Shown: positions 47,265-61,217 of the stretch, piece after piece
Layout: each line of letters starts with the position of its first letter
Position numbering within the stretch: the first letter of the stretch is position 1
Assembly: GCA_973895155.1 (NCBI GenBank)
Contig: OZ316894.1
Location: forward strand, 15,120,699-15,184,698
Direction of reading: 5' to 3'
DNA length: 64,000 nucleotides
Source of the DNA: Marsupella aquatica
Lineage: Eukaryota > Plantae > Marchantiophyta
The notes under the pieces: model-generated
The model's database searches: none
Told to the model about the DNA's origin: nothing
What the model saw: the letters and a program-made list of their open reading frames with translations, nothing else
Position numbers and translations under genes: made by a program

Positions 47265-50200
47265 TTTGGCCCTGCATGATATTTAGCTCATGCCGCTTAA
47301 TCCGTAGCTCATCTTGGGCTTTATTGGCTGCCCTCAGGTCTTTGATTTCGGCTTCCCTTGCCCTAAGCCGACGGATGACCTCGTCCTTCTTGCTTCTTTC
47401 CAAAGCCACTGCTTCTTCTAATTGGCGCTTCTCCAACATCTCCCTCTGAAAAAAGGGTCCTTGCTCCAACTCCTCCCCAAAGATGCTGAGTGCCAGCTCT
47501 CCACACATTTCCCTGTACTCCATGGCTCTATCCTTAGCATAGGTGGAGTAACTAGAAGTCATCGGCATCAACCACCGCGGCCTATGCTCCCAAGCCGTCT
47601 TGTGGATTTCTTCTACGGTGGCAAGAGGGTTGCTTTGTTTTTCTGCAAGCCGCCTGATGTCCTCTAGCCATTCTCCTCCTGGTAAATCCTTTTCCCTAGC
47701 CAGGGCTGCCTCCTCTTCCTCCCTGATTCGCTCCTGCGCGGTTTGTTTTATGCCGTCAAAGCTCGGGGGAGCGACATCTGGTGGGGGAGACTCGGGGCTG
47801 CTCTACTGGCTTGGGTCTCCTCGAACTACTCTTGGGAGCGTGGGGATGAACCGGCCACAGGTCCTTACTCCTGGAACATGATGATCCGACCCGTAGCCGG
47901 AGTCATCATTGTTGTAGTCCTCTACCGCCTCCTCCTCGGCTTGGACTACCGACTTCTCCCGCTGTTCTCCTGGTTTTGTCGTAAACACGGCTTCACCTCT
48001 CACCGGTCTTGGTTCCTCCTCCGGCTTCCGTGTTGATCTCTTGTTCTCCTTGTCGTGGCCGGGAGCTACGGCCTACTTTTCCTCGGCTTCGGGACTTGAG
48101 GCTCCTACATACATCCGGACTCCCGGCTCGTGTTCCGGCCTCCCTCTCTCCTTGACCCTAGTAAAGGGGTTTTCCCTTGTAAGCCGGCTTAGGCCTACCG
48201 CTGGAGCAGTGTCCTGCATTGGTGCCGTTGTCGTTGCCGTTGCCGGAACTGGTCTCCTTTCCTTCTCCAGCAATTTCAGCAGATTCTGCATGCCTGGTTG
48301 CTGCATCGGCAAGTCTTCTTCCCTTGGTCTAAACACCTGCTCGATCGTCGGACTGTCGGGCTGGTTGGGCTTCTTTGGTGCCGGCCTCTGCTCCGGGACC
48401 TCCTCCGGTGCTCTTGCCGATAGGGGAAGTACTGGGGCAAAGATTTGACTTCTGGCATACCGGCACAACAGCGGCATGTGATAGCCAAGCCGGGACACGC
48501 TTCCCACGCCGATCACCTGCTGTTCCTCCTTCAAGATTTTCTTCAGTTGGTTGAGGAGGTACCCGTTATAATCCCGGCTTGGGTCTGGCCTTTCTGCCAG
48601 GTAGACCTGAGCCTTGCCGATCTCTGCCCTCGGCAAGTTACAGTGCATGGTCACCCGCAAGAAATTGATCATCTCTCCGATGTGCGGGTTGGTGCAGGTG
48701 TTCCAGAAGAAGCCATTCTTTGTTGATGGTCCTGGGAACGACCGAAACTCCTTGTCAGGTAAGGTCTTCCTGGTATCAACCTTGGTCTTATTACCCATCG
48801 GCAAGCCAAACACTTCAGCAATCACCCGGGGAGTGAGATAGAAATCCTTCCCATACACCCTCGTGGAATTGGTCTCGGGTTCCCATGATCCCACGAATTC
48901 TAACAAGTCTGAGTCCGGCACCTCCGGCTTCAACCATGGTAATCTTACAAAGGCTTCCAAGCCGGATCCGGCCATGAAGCCTTGGTACTTCTTGGTCTGC
49001 ATGGCTGTAAAGCATGCATCCTCCTCCCGTGCAAAGTGTAATTGCACTTCCTCCGGTAGGGTTGCCGCCCAGCCTTTCCAGGTGTCATCGTTTGTTGGAA
49101 TGGCATTGATGGGGTCGACCTCCTCCTCCTCGGCTTCTCTCTGCCTCCTGCTCTGCTGTTCTGCTGGCTTCTTTGGTGCCGCCGACCTCGTTCTTTTTGC
49201 CGGGGTGGCCTCTTCGTTGTTGTTCCCCTTCCTCTTCATCTCGGCTGCCGTGGATGTCTCTCCTAGCACGGTTGCCTTTGTCCACCCCTCCGTGCTACCC
49301 TTCAACTCCCAGTGTATGTCGTTGCAGCGTTTGATGGCTTCTCGGATGCCGACGACTCTGTCTTCACAAAACAGCAGGTCGTCTAGCTCGTTGCCAGTAG
49401 GCGTCCACAGGAATTCAACCTTGATGAGTTCTCCTCCTAAGAAGGCAGCTTTCTGCAGCTCCCACAATCGGGCGAGCTCCTGCCGTTCTCAAGCTGCTCT
49501 CTCCGATTCTTCGTCCTCGTAAGTCCCAATGTACTTAGTTGCCCGTTCGAACAGGCATCCCCAAAAATGTGCCGCTTGATTGACGTTGCTCATACCCTTC
49601 TCGAGTTGATAGTCGGTATCTGTTCCCACCCTGAGCGCTTGCCTAAGCAGTTGACAGTAGTTGGCCGCCCGTAGTCGCCTGCTCAGTTCGTGCTTGCAAA
49701 TGAGCTACTATTCCTCGCGAGCGGTCCTTACCCCTCTCCTCCTCTGGTTCTCCCTCCCGTTGGTTACCCCTAGTCGCCGGCACTTAGCGTGCCCTAACCC
49801 TAATCATGTTCTCTCCCTTGGCGTCCTTACTTCCGGCCTTGGCTCGGGTTCCATAGTCACCCTTAATTGTTTATATTTTCCTTATTTATGTAACTATACT
49901 AAGGTGTTTCTAGGGTACACTTCCCTTTTCCCCTTAAACTAGCCCAGTGATTCCTGGCTAGGCATCACAAGTAGCAATCCTAGTAATTCCTCAGATGATT
50001 TGGAATCGGAGGATTCTCAATGACTCATGGTCAATTTCAGATGCAATCTCATTCCAGGAGATATTTGTCATACCGAAGCTTTATTAAAGATGGATTTTGA
50101 AAGGTTTTTTGACCTGGTTTTGTTGACAGTAATGATGCCTTTTCATTTAGTTCAGTGTGGTGAAGATCTCAATTTTTTTGTTTGTGAATATTTGAGTATC

Positions 50201-51984
50201 TGCATTTCCCTTTTTCATAACTGTTTCACAATATATATCAACAATCTTACTTGGGAATCCGCCTTAACTACCCTGAAGTTACGCACAAACTTTCCTCGCT
50301 AGCCTGTTGTCCTTGCTAGCAAAACTCCTGTTTGCTCGCACAATAGAATACCTCCTTACTTAGCCATTTTCCGGCACTTCACTTACTGAATGGCCATTTT
50401 AACTTTTTGAAGAGTATGAAGAGACATGTCTCTTTGACCTTATGACCTCTCACTCTGTAGATTTTTACTATAAGACCCCTCCACTACTAGTGTAGTTTAT
50501 GGTTAAGTTGAGCATTTTTGCCTCTTCCTTGTGTTAAACCCATTGATCATGAATCTATGAGTTCAAGATCAGGTTTAACAACAAGAGAGTCTTACCTCCT
50601 TCTTGTGTTTGCACCTCTGTTTATAAACACAGGAAGTAAAATCTATTTGTGCAAAATCTTTGGATGTTGTAATGACAAATTCCTCTTTGGTGACTCATTG
50701 CAATTTCCTAAGTTCTTGAAGTTAACTCATTGAGTTTAAGTCTTATTGAAATTGATGGATTTTCTTTCATGTTGCTTAGTACCATCTAAATGTTGAAGTA
50801 GTCACCCTTTTAGATCTTGTCTGAGTACCACTTAGAAAGAAAAGACAAGACGTGTTGACGGCACTTTAAAAGAGTACTCTAGTAAGACATTAGATCTGAA
50901 AAGTAATATGGATTTGAATCCTTAAGTCTTTTCATTTTGACTTATGTCTAAGGAGAAACCTTGGTCAATTCCAGACTCCCTTAGCATACTTTAAGATATT
51001 TTCCCTTGTGTTTTGTTAATCATTCCCTTTTTATTAATTTATGGTTATACAATGTTGAGTTACCATTAAAAACTACTCACCGCTGTGGAGCAATCTTCAA
51101 AATCCCTTAGTAAAGTAATCAAACTTGATTACTATGTGTGGAAAACATCTTAAGTTTATTATTGTTGTTTAAACCTATCAAACCAACCCCATCTTGTTCT
51201 TTACGAGAACGAATACCGAGTTTGAAGACCTTTAAATGTATTTTTGGTTCTTCATAGCAAACTACATCCCTAGTGATGGCTGTCTTCTCACAGTTAACCT
51301 GTGCTACCTTGGCCACCAACTTTGCGTATCTTTGTTTGTAGGTGGCTTTATCGGGGCAAGAGTACCAGTAAGTCTCAGAGAACTTAGCACCTACCTTGCC
51401 AAACAAGGTCCAAAATCCCAAAGCTATAAGGATCATACTAACCCTTGCAATCTGGTTTGTCGAGTCCGCATCCCCGCCCAACAGTTTTGCTCGCTGGTGG
51501 AGGCCTTTCTTGCCCTGACTAAATCTTGCCACAATCTGCAAACCTTCAATTATTTCTTGTAAAAGTTAGCTCGATCCGAGCAAAATGCGAGAGTGAGTGG
51601 CAGCGTCCGCGAATTCCAAAAAGTATGAATGAGCAAATGGGCCGCGGCGCCATCAACTCAACTCTTATGGAGGTGCCAAGGTGAGCTCAAGCGTGAGAAG
51701 GCGAGGTCGTTTTAGTCATCAATAATGGCTTGAAGTTGGGTGTCTCGGTCCAAGCATGATCTCCTAACAGATTTTTACTCCGCCGCCGCCACCATACCTT
51801 GGCCGATCATAATAACTTCCTTCCCTTAATTTGTAATCATTCAGTCAACTAACCTACTCCTAATCTATTCATAATGGCAAAGACGGCTATTCATACTACT
51901 CTACGCTACGGCTACGGTCCTAATGACCGTATAAGTTCTAATCTAGGACTTCCGTCCTGTTTAGTAACACGTTACCCATGTCAC

Positions 51985-54437
51985 ACAAGGAGAAGGATTT
52001 ACCTGGAGGAGAATGGCTAGAGGACATCCGGCGGCTTGCAGAAAGACAAAGCAACCCACCAATCACGATAGAAGAGATCCGAAAGGCGGCTTGGGAACAA
52101 AGGCCACGGTGGGTGATGCCGATGACTACTACTCACTCCACCTATGCGCAAGAAAGAGCCATGGAGTACGGGGAGATGTGTGGGGAACTTGCGCTCAGCA
52201 TCTTTGGGGAGGAGTTGGAGCAAGGATCCTTTTTCCAGAGGGAGATGTTGGAAAAAAGCCGATTGGAAGAAGCGGTGGCTTTGGAGAGGAGGAAGAAGGA
52301 CGAGTTCATCCGACGGCTTAGGGAGAAGGAAGCCAAGACAGAAGACCTAAAGGCGGCCAAGAAAGCCCAAGATGAGCTGCGGATTAAGCGGCATGAGCTA
52401 AACATCATGCAGGGGCAACTGGATACCGCTCAGTCTGATAATCAGATTATCAAGGATAAACTGACTCAGACCCAAGGAGAGTTGGCCGACGCGGTCAAGG
52501 AAAAGGAGAAGTGGAAGCGGGAGCTGAAGGATGCAGAGGAGGCCCACATAGCAACCAACAATCGGGCCATGGTGGAGACACGGAGGAAGGAGAGGGCGCT
52601 GAAGGGGGAGCTCAAGGATCTTCGCGGAGCCCTTGAGCAAAAGGAGGCCGAGTTAGGGAGATCCTATCAAGGGATTATTGTGCTGCAGCAGGAGCTTGCA
52701 TCCCTAATGGCCAGCTTCAAGGCCAACCTACGTGAGAAGGACGACCAGCTCGATCAGACTTATGCCAAGATGAACCAGATCGAGTCTGAGGTCGTAACGG
52801 AGCTTGATAAGGATCTGAGAGCAACCGAAGAAGAGAGGGCTACCTTAAGGAAGGAATTGGAGGAAGCCTAGAAGGAGCTGGAGGAGGCGTGCAAGGACCT
52901 GGACAAAACATAGGAGGAGTTGGAGGAAAGCACGAGGAAGATGGAGAACTTACAACGGCGGGCCGACAACCAAACGGAGCGGCTGAAGAAACAAGCCGCA
53001 GTATTTAAATGCTTGGCTTCATCAGTTCAAACTCCAATTGTGGCAACAAAGTTTCCAGGGGTAGTACTGGCCGAGGGACAAGCCACGACACTCGCACCGG
53101 TGCCGAAGGTAAGTGGCAAGGGGAAGGGACCAGTTGCCGAACCAGGGAAGAAGAAGAAGCGGAAACCTTCTGGGTCAGGGAGCAATGCGGCTTCTCAAGC
53201 CACCGTGACCAAGGAAGAGAACACGGCACCAGCCTCAGGCAGGGTCATGGCACAGGATTCAACTGTCCTAGAAGGCGGGGATGGCAAGGCCAAGGCCGGG
53301 ACAATCATTGATGAAGCCGGGGTACCGGATCCACCACTAGAGCAGGTCGGGGAGGCTGTAGTCAGATCTGAGGCCGTAGCCAAAGCTGAGGCCAAAGCCG
53401 AGGGTGGACCCGGTTAGGCCGCAAGAGAGTTGACTCGGTCTGGGGCAGGTAATCTATCAAAGGACGGACCTACGGCAGTGGTTGCGGAGGAAGCGTTGGG
53501 GGCGTCCATTGAGGATCAGCCACCGCTACCATGACGGTGGTGGAGGGCCGCTCCTTTTAAGGAGGGCGGATGTGGAGGGAGGAGGCGTGAGTGGGAAAGG
53601 CGGGCGCAAATCTCTAAGTTTAGAAATTAGGATCAGGACCAAGAGGCGGCCCTGACACTTAGATTAGTGGGATTGCGGATCCACTGGTAAGAGCAACACT
53701 TGTGCTCCTGCCTTGTTGTACATAGGTAGATTATAGTTAGGATAGATTAGGGTTACGCTGCAAGGAATTAGGCGGATCCACTGCCAGGATAAGTACCTGG
53801 ATAGCGAGGAGTGGGTTTAAACCCTTCTTCTTTAGCAAGTTTTTAGTGCACCAATAGGGCTGGGATCAAGTAGTAAAAGAAGCTCTCGATTAGTTATACA
53901 GTGACCCTTGTGTATATTCATGTTTCCTCATGCCTAAGAGCTGAATAGAGTTGGCCTCATGGCTTAGTTCGCAAATCTTGTGTATGAGAAGTACTGTTTG
54001 TATGGCAAGTGCATGGTATAACTCAGTCAGAAGGAGTCATTTTGCTATTTGTGTGTTGCATTAACTTGTTTGAAGATTGCCCACATCAACCAAGAGAGAA
54101 GGGAAGTAAGCAAGGTAGTAAGAGTTGGATGTGTCAAGCTGAGAGAGGTCTTAGCGGCTAACCCAAGCCAATTGGGGATCATTCCAACGGCGGAATCCAA
54201 ACATACCTAAAGGAAGACCAGGAGAGGAAGAGAAGGGAAGGCATAGAATAGGCCGGCTACTTATCTCATGACCCGATGAAGGATCTGTCCAGTATATGTG
54301 TGTAAAATGTTAGTAGAAGAGTTTAGCAGCGTCCCATGCCGCTAAGCCGTGGAACCGGCCTCGCCAAGAGCAAAACCTACGGGAATCAGCTTGTGCAGGG
54401 GGTTTCTTGGGTTTAGGGAGCGATGGGACGCACCACA
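51985..54437 (+). mobile_element. Family A LTR, 5' truncated and more diverged, with the decayed 3' half of the ORF
   Basis: ORFs 51978-52871 and 52920-53417 match the LTR protein; ends GGGACGCACCACA. Confidence 0.9.
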
Positions 54438-54599
54438 CATGACTTCTGGGAGATGTTTAGATTTAACCTGATGCTCTACACAAGGCTTGCCTAGCCATCA
54501 AACCACGTTGTATTTCTTGCTGATGAACTGTATTCCTTAATCATTCTACACGAGCCTCGTGTTGAGGGATACTGATGTGCATGTTTTATTTTGGCAAAC

Positions 54600-56960
54600 C
54601 AGGTCAAAACCTATCGTTGTTGCTCTTTTCTTGCCGGTGAATAATTCCCGTCTTGTGTCCACACGACAGTCGTGTCGAGTTACTGTCAACCTTGAATTGG
54701 TCTAGAATATGTTTTCCCCTAGGAATCGAGTTCATCTCTTCTTGAACGATGAACCGGTTGCGGGTGGGACGGTTTTTAGCATTACTCCTTGGGACTCTTG
54801 CCACAACATTCTGATTGGGGACCATAGAATCAGTGTTTCTGCTGAGGATGCAGTCTTCCACCTTGCTGAGTTACCTTATCCAAACGCAGGGGCGGACCTG
54901 GTGGGTGAAAGCTTAAATTCAGTAATTCTGTGGGATCGGTCCAGCGTGAGGCTTGCGGAAAGCAAATTTCCAGTTTATCTAAATGAAAACCAAGAGGGCC
55001 CGGTTTATCCAAATGACAACCAAGAGGATTGTCCTCTAGAGCGGGAAGCAGGTTTTGGGGAGCAAGATGCCACAAGAGACACTGTCCATAGTCAGGTTAG
55101 TGTTCTCATTAGCAAGGATCTGAGCGATCAAAGTAGGTGGTTCAAGAAGTTTGCTTTGCTTTGCTTTACGAAGACGATGATGAGACACTATTGGCTCAAG
55201 GGTGTATCACCAATCCTCACCCTCAAGCATTGATTAACAATGAGAGAGTTGGAGATGATTATGTCGGGATCAATATTCTCACACTGGCTATGGACAATAA
55301 CATCTAAAAGATGAGGTCCCTTATTTTGTTGAGGGAACGCCTTGCACAATCAAATGGCCTTTGAGGAGAACTCGGATTGAGCTTGGAATGCAATTGTTAA
55401 GCAATCTATTGGATCAAAACAAATTCCTCAATCCCGAGCAAGCAATTGTATCATACATTAAACCAAAGCAAGGCTATAATAATCAACATCGCAACCCGCA
55501 GGATCCTGAGGACAAGGAAAGGAAGAAGATTCATAGAAGGTGTAACAGAAAGAAGACTCACTCCTGAATCTATTGATGCTCTCTTCCAGGTTGAGTGCTG
55601 CACAAAGAATTGTTGTAGGAGGCAACAAGGGGAAGTGGTCAATCAGATTAGAGATGAGTTTTATGGTCTCTCTCAAGCCGATCAACAGACATACGTTTTG
55701 AACCATCTACACGGGAGGGATAGGAAACTATCGTTGCCTGGATGATTATTTTTTGTTGGACTCGTGTCTTAAAGAAGGGTTTTGGACCATCCATGGTTTC
55801 TTGAGAGGAACCTTCTATTCAATCTATAGTCACTATAGGAATGGGGCAAAGGTTGGCGTTCATGGCAACAAAGGATCAATGAAAACAAAAGACTACACCA
55901 GGCCCGTGACCAAAAGGGGTTTGGTCACAAAAGCTGAACTTTCTATATATGTTATGATCACATGTTCATAGTCACCAACTAGTGAGTATTATACACTTCC
56001 CTTTTATCCATCCCCTTCATTTATCTTAAGTGTTTCCAAAGATTAAAAGAAAATATAAATTCTCAGTATGATTCTTTCGAAAGAAAAACTCACCCTTGTT
56101 CAAAGATGCTGTACATAAGTAGGTAACCCTTTTCCCAATGAAGAAACAAAAAGGATTCAATAGCAATAAACATTCTCTAGAAAGAAACAAAACATTAAAT
56201 GCTCTCTCTCATCTCCTTTTGTCTCATGCTGTAGTATATGTACACATGTACAATACTATGGGGAAAATACTTTATTCTCCTCAATGATAAAGTCATCATG
56301 CCAAGAAATGAGGCCTAGTTACAAAAGACAAAGTATAGCAGACCAATGTATTGGAACCAAAGTATTGGAACCAAACCAAAGTATTTTGGGGCCATTTTTG
56401 GGCCCCCATCACATCTATTGAACTAAAGTTCAGCCAATCATGCTGTTTGTGGAGTCTATTTGAACTGTATTCCAAAAATGTGCAGAGCCTATGCCTCATC
56501 TCCATAAAATTGGAGAGTCTGGAAAGCAAGAGGTTGTGTATAGGGTTCCCATAAGCTACGAAAGGAAAGATGTTTATGAAGAGGCTTGCAAGCTTAACAA
56601 GAATCTTGGAGCTTCTTCTCCAGTCATCGCTACGTTCTACAAGATACTGGAGAAAATGTTTCCCAATTTTTAGTTTTTGGATCAAAGCAATTTTGCAAAA
56701 TGCGATCTACTACAATCAAAGATACTCTTCGAGGCGAGAAGAGACAAGATGTTGTTATTGAAATCAAGGCCAAAATAGAACGCCACATGCTGGAACAACA
56801 GTCCCGGAGAAGCATGTATTATGCTGCCAAACTGGCAGCAGATCAAGAGCCAGAGAAGTATCTGTCGGTGATTCATGACAAAATAGATCAAGCCAAAACA
56901 GGAATACCAAAAATGACTTCAACTCTTAAAAGTCAAGGGGGTAAATCAATTATGTTACCA
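54600..56960 (+). pseudogene. Second decayed Tnp1-repeat / Sola-like transposase gene
   Basis: SCHNILIGD...LPYP...VILWD; CCTKNCC; VGVHGNKG; EPMPH; FAKCDL; VIHDKIDQAKT; colinear with 12255-14300. Confidence 0.8.
55901..56435. mobile_element. Uncharacterised AT-rich insertion in the transposase (MITE-like)
   Basis: Breaks colinearity between KTKDYT and ...EPMPH. Hairpin GTGACCAAA-AGGGG-TTTGGTCAC. GCTGAACTTT inverted near both ends. Confidence 0.4.
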
Positions 56961-59371
56961 AGTTGTCAAAACCTTCAAAGTATCTCCCAAAACTATTTTT
57001 AACTCCTTAACCTAATCTCCAAAAGTGCTGAAAGTTTTCCAGTTCCTTCTACTACGTATAATCTCCACTCTTGAAAATTTTCAGACTTTTTTAGACTAAT
57101 CTAAGTCTACCAATAAAATACTTAAAGATACCAATTTAGTATAAAGTTGCAAAAACAAAAAACTATTCTAAGTGTCAAAGAACCAAAGTGTTAATATGCG
57201 AAACAAAAATGACCCTAACTTCCTAACGACATGTCCATTTTGCCTGACATTTTTTTGGGTAGATTTCTCTATCTAAAATTTATCTAATCGTCAAAAATTC
57301 ATAGTTTTTCATGACCTACAAAGATTTGATTAAAATATTGCAAAAGGCTACTCTACCTTAAAACTTTCACTATGAACTTCTCACTCAATCTTCTAGGTTC
57401 AAAGTTGACCAAGGCCTAAAGCCTTCAACTACAGTGAAATTATACACAAAGAGGTAACTATAAGTCTTAATAAGCTCAAAATTAACTAACAGCCCTATGT
57501 GACACCTTTAAGGGGGCGCACATTATAACAGTTCTTCCGTCTTTCTTGACCTCAAACTTCTTGCATTTCAATGCATCATTTATATTGTGTACCTAAAGGC
57601 TATCCCAATATAAACCTTGCATACACAAGTGGGATAGACTTTAAATAAGGTCACAACATGAATAATCTATTTCATCAACAATTAATTTGAAACCAATCCA
57701 TACTCCATCCATACTCCATTGCAAACTTGTTTTGAGAGATGTAACATGTGACGGAGGGGAATTGAACCCCTAATTGAGAAAAAATCTCAAGTTGCAAATC
57801 CTTCACCAACATATTGGACGCCAGGTACATGATAGATGCTTGTGGGTGATCCAAAATATATTGTCAAAGTATTGGAACCAAACCAAAGTATTTTGGGGCC
57901 ATTTTTGGGCCCCCATCACATCTATTGAACTAAAGTTCAGCCAATCATGCTGTTTGTGGAGTCTATTTGAACTGTATTCCAAAAATGTGCAGAGCCTATG
58001 CCTCATCTCCATAAAATTGGAGAGTCTGGAAAGCAAGAGGTTGTGTATAGGGTTCCCATAAGCTACGAAAGGAAAGATGTTTATGAAGAGGCTTGCAAGC
58101 TTAACAAGAATCTTGGAGCTTCTTCTCCAGTCATCGCTACGTTCTACAAGATACTGGAGAAAATGTTTCCCAATTTTTAGTTTTTGGATCAAAGCAATTT
58201 TGCAAAATGCGATCTACTACAATCAAAGATACTCTTCGAGGCGAGAAGAGACAAGATGTTGTTATTGAAATCAAGGCCAAAATAGAACGCCACATGCTGG
58301 AACAACAGTCCCGGAGAAGCATGTATTATGCTGCCAAACTGGCAGCAGATCAAGAGCCAGAGAAGTATCTGTCGGTGATTCATGACAAAATAGATCAAGC
58401 CAAAACAGGAATACCAAAAATGACTTCAACTCTTAAAAGTCAAGGGGGTAAATCAATTATGTTACCAAGTTGTCAAAACCTTCAAAGTATCTCCCAAAAC
58501 TATTTTTAACTCCTTAACCTAATCTCCAAAAGTGCTGAAAGTTTTCCAGTTCCTTCTACTACGTATAATCTCCACTCTTGAAAATTTTCAGACTTTTTTA
58601 GACTAATCTAAGTCTACCAATAAAATACTTAAAGATACCAATTTAGTATAAAGTTGCAAAAACAAAAAACTATTCTAAGTGTCAAAGAACCAAAGTGTTA
58701 ATATGCGAAACAAAAATGACCCTAACTTCCTAACGACATGTCCATTTTGCCTGACATTTTTTTGGGTAGATTTCTCTATCTAAAATTTATCTAATCGTCA
58801 AAAATTCATAGTTTTTCATGACCTACAAAGATTTGATTAAAATATTGCAAAAGGCTACTCTACCTTAAAACTTTCACTATGAACTTCTCACTCAATCTTC
58901 TAGGTTCAAAGTTGACCAAGGCCTAAAGCCTTCAACTACAGTGAAATTATACACAAAGAGGTAACTATAAGTCTTAATAAGCTCAAAATTAACTAACAGC
59001 CCTATGTGACACCTTTAAGGGGGCGCACATTATAACAGTTCTTCCGTCTTTCTTGACCTCAAACTTCTTGCATTTCAATGCATCATTTATATTGTGTACC
59101 TAAAGGCTATCCCAATATAAACCTTGCATACACAAGTGGGATAGACTTTAAATAAGGTCACAACATGAATAATCTATTTCATCAACAATTAATTTGAAAC
59201 CAATCCATACTCCATCCATACTCCATTGCAAACTTGTTTTGAGAGATGTAACATGTGACGGAGGGGAATTGAACCCCTAATTGAGAAAAAATCTCAAGTT
59301 GCAAATCCTTCACCAACATATTGGACGCCAGGTACACGATAGATGCTTGTGGGTGATCCAAAATATATTGT
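56358..59371 (+). repeat. Near-identical tandem duplication, 1507-bp unit
   Basis: 56358-57864 repeated at 57865-59371; CAAA microhomology at the junction; ORF track duplicated at offset 1507. Confidence 0.95.
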
Positions 59372-61217
59372 CAAACCAGAATCATGAGAATAAGCGGTTT
59401 TCCAAGGTCAACAAATTTGAAAGATCAGCGGTTTTCCAAGTTGCTCTCACTGAACCAAAATCTTGAAGCTCGACCTAAGCCTTCCCCATTGGAACAAAGT
59501 CATCCCAAAGTGCCAATGGATCCCTTAATCAAACCAAAAACCAATGAGAGAAGGGTAGATGTCAATCAATGTTTCCTTAGCCTAAGCTAAAAGAGACAGA
59601 TTACTGAAAAGTGCAATCCAAAAAAGTGTTCTCCCTAAAAAGTGCAATTCAAAAAGATGCAATCATCTGGAAAAAGGTTGTTGTGCCCCATAGGATCAAT
59701 GATCTGCATGTTACCAAAATTTGGCTCCAACAATTCTACTCGGTCCCCCTTTGTTTGACCCAAAGCCCAAATCACCATTGTTGAATTCCTCTACCGCATC
59801 ATGGAGATTTGTTATGATGACCTGCGTTGCAAGTTGAATCTTAAGATCATTAATGATTTTGTCCTTCTCCTCAAGTTGTGCCACTTCATTGGATTGACCT
59901 TCTTTTTTAGCACGTTATTTTGTTAGCTTATTGATTTCTTCCATCTTGTCATATAATTGAACCTTATACATTAACACTTTGGAATTGGTCGCCGACTTGA
60001 TGTGATTCTTTTCAAGTGATTTCATCTTCAAATTAGCTTGTTGCAATTTTGACTTATACTTTTCAATTGAGCCAGATTCACAAAGCTCAACTACATACTT
60101 TGTGCGAGATTCTTCTCAATGATCTCAACAACATCCGCTTCCAAGCTCTTGCATACGTTGTGCAGGTTGAACCTATCCCTGTTCGCATCATAAACATCGA
60201 TGTTGCTTGCATGTGGAGTTCTACTTCCAACGCCTGAATGGTTTGGTCTTTTGGTGTTGGTGGACTCCACATTGGTTGGTGTGGTTGCACGATCAGGCAT
60301 AGAGAATCAAGAAAGTACAGCCAATTTTGCCTTCTCATGTGTATGAACCCGTTGCATGTCATCTATCTTTCTTTTTGATCATTCTTTCTTTTTCTATACA
60401 TTGAAAAATCCTTTGCAGTAGTTGTATTCCTGTTTGTCGCAATCACAAGCACTAATGGATGCACCAAATGAATCATCTTGCCAACACTATTTTCCCAACG
60501 GTAATGCACCTTCCACTTTAGAATGAATTCAACAATCAAACATCGGAAAAAAGAAAGATAAACATAACTCATTTTTTATTGGGCTTTGTGTGGAGAAATC
60601 TCTCAATATTGTTGTTGCCAATGCAATTTAACACCTGCATGTGTTACCTTGGACATGGTAAATTTTTCTTGCCCCATGATCTTTGCCCAAATATCCGGAT
60701 CATGAAAAAGCATTGGCCAGAACTCTTTCTTGGATATCAATATCTCCAATTCCTTTGCATTGATAGGCCATTTGTCATGAGGAGGTCTGACATTTGGCAT
60801 TGATATACTCCATTCATCATTGACACCCTAATCCTTTGATCTTGTTGTGCTTTGCAAAGGTGCTCCGCCAACCTTGGGCTTAACCTCATAGTCACTACCA
60901 GTCTTTATGTGGTTACCTAACACACTACTATGAAGGTCTTCTTCCTCACAATAGGATCCTTGACCATCTTGCATGATAGACTGTTGTGTCGTGAACTCAT
61001 TTTCTTCCTCATCAGAATCCAATTCCCATCGTACCATGTTTGCGAGATGTACAAACAGTCTGCAACATTTGGCAATGTAGAAACATATTTAGCACAAATT
61101 TGAACATCCACGACAAAGTTTGGTAGAACAATATAAACAAATTATAAAACATTGTAATTTACATACAATGAATGAACATGTGATCGTTCATGTGACCATT
61201 AGAGAACACACATCTTT

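Larger units (their letters stand above)
42235..49969 (-). mobile_element. Family A solo LTR (outer), internally deleted, TSD AGTAG
   Basis: Termini match 7563 and 12200. AGTAG at 42230-42234 and 49970-49974. Decayed LTR ORF from 49593 to ~47270. Confidence 0.92.

Noticed and set aside
51977-51981. CATGT versus CATGA (54438) as a TSD for the 52-54 kb LTR
   Set aside because: The LTR 5' half is missing and the match is imperfect; likely chance.
56963-57530. Possible additional LTR (TGTCA...TAACA)
   Set aside because: No partner LTR other than the tandem duplicate, and no PBS or TSD to support the boundaries.
57745-57772. tRNA T-arm-like sequence (minus strand AGGGGTTCAATTCCCCTCCG), duplicated near 59255
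   Set aside because: No D-arm, anticodon arm or acceptor pairing could be built; more likely part of an LTR-like fragment.
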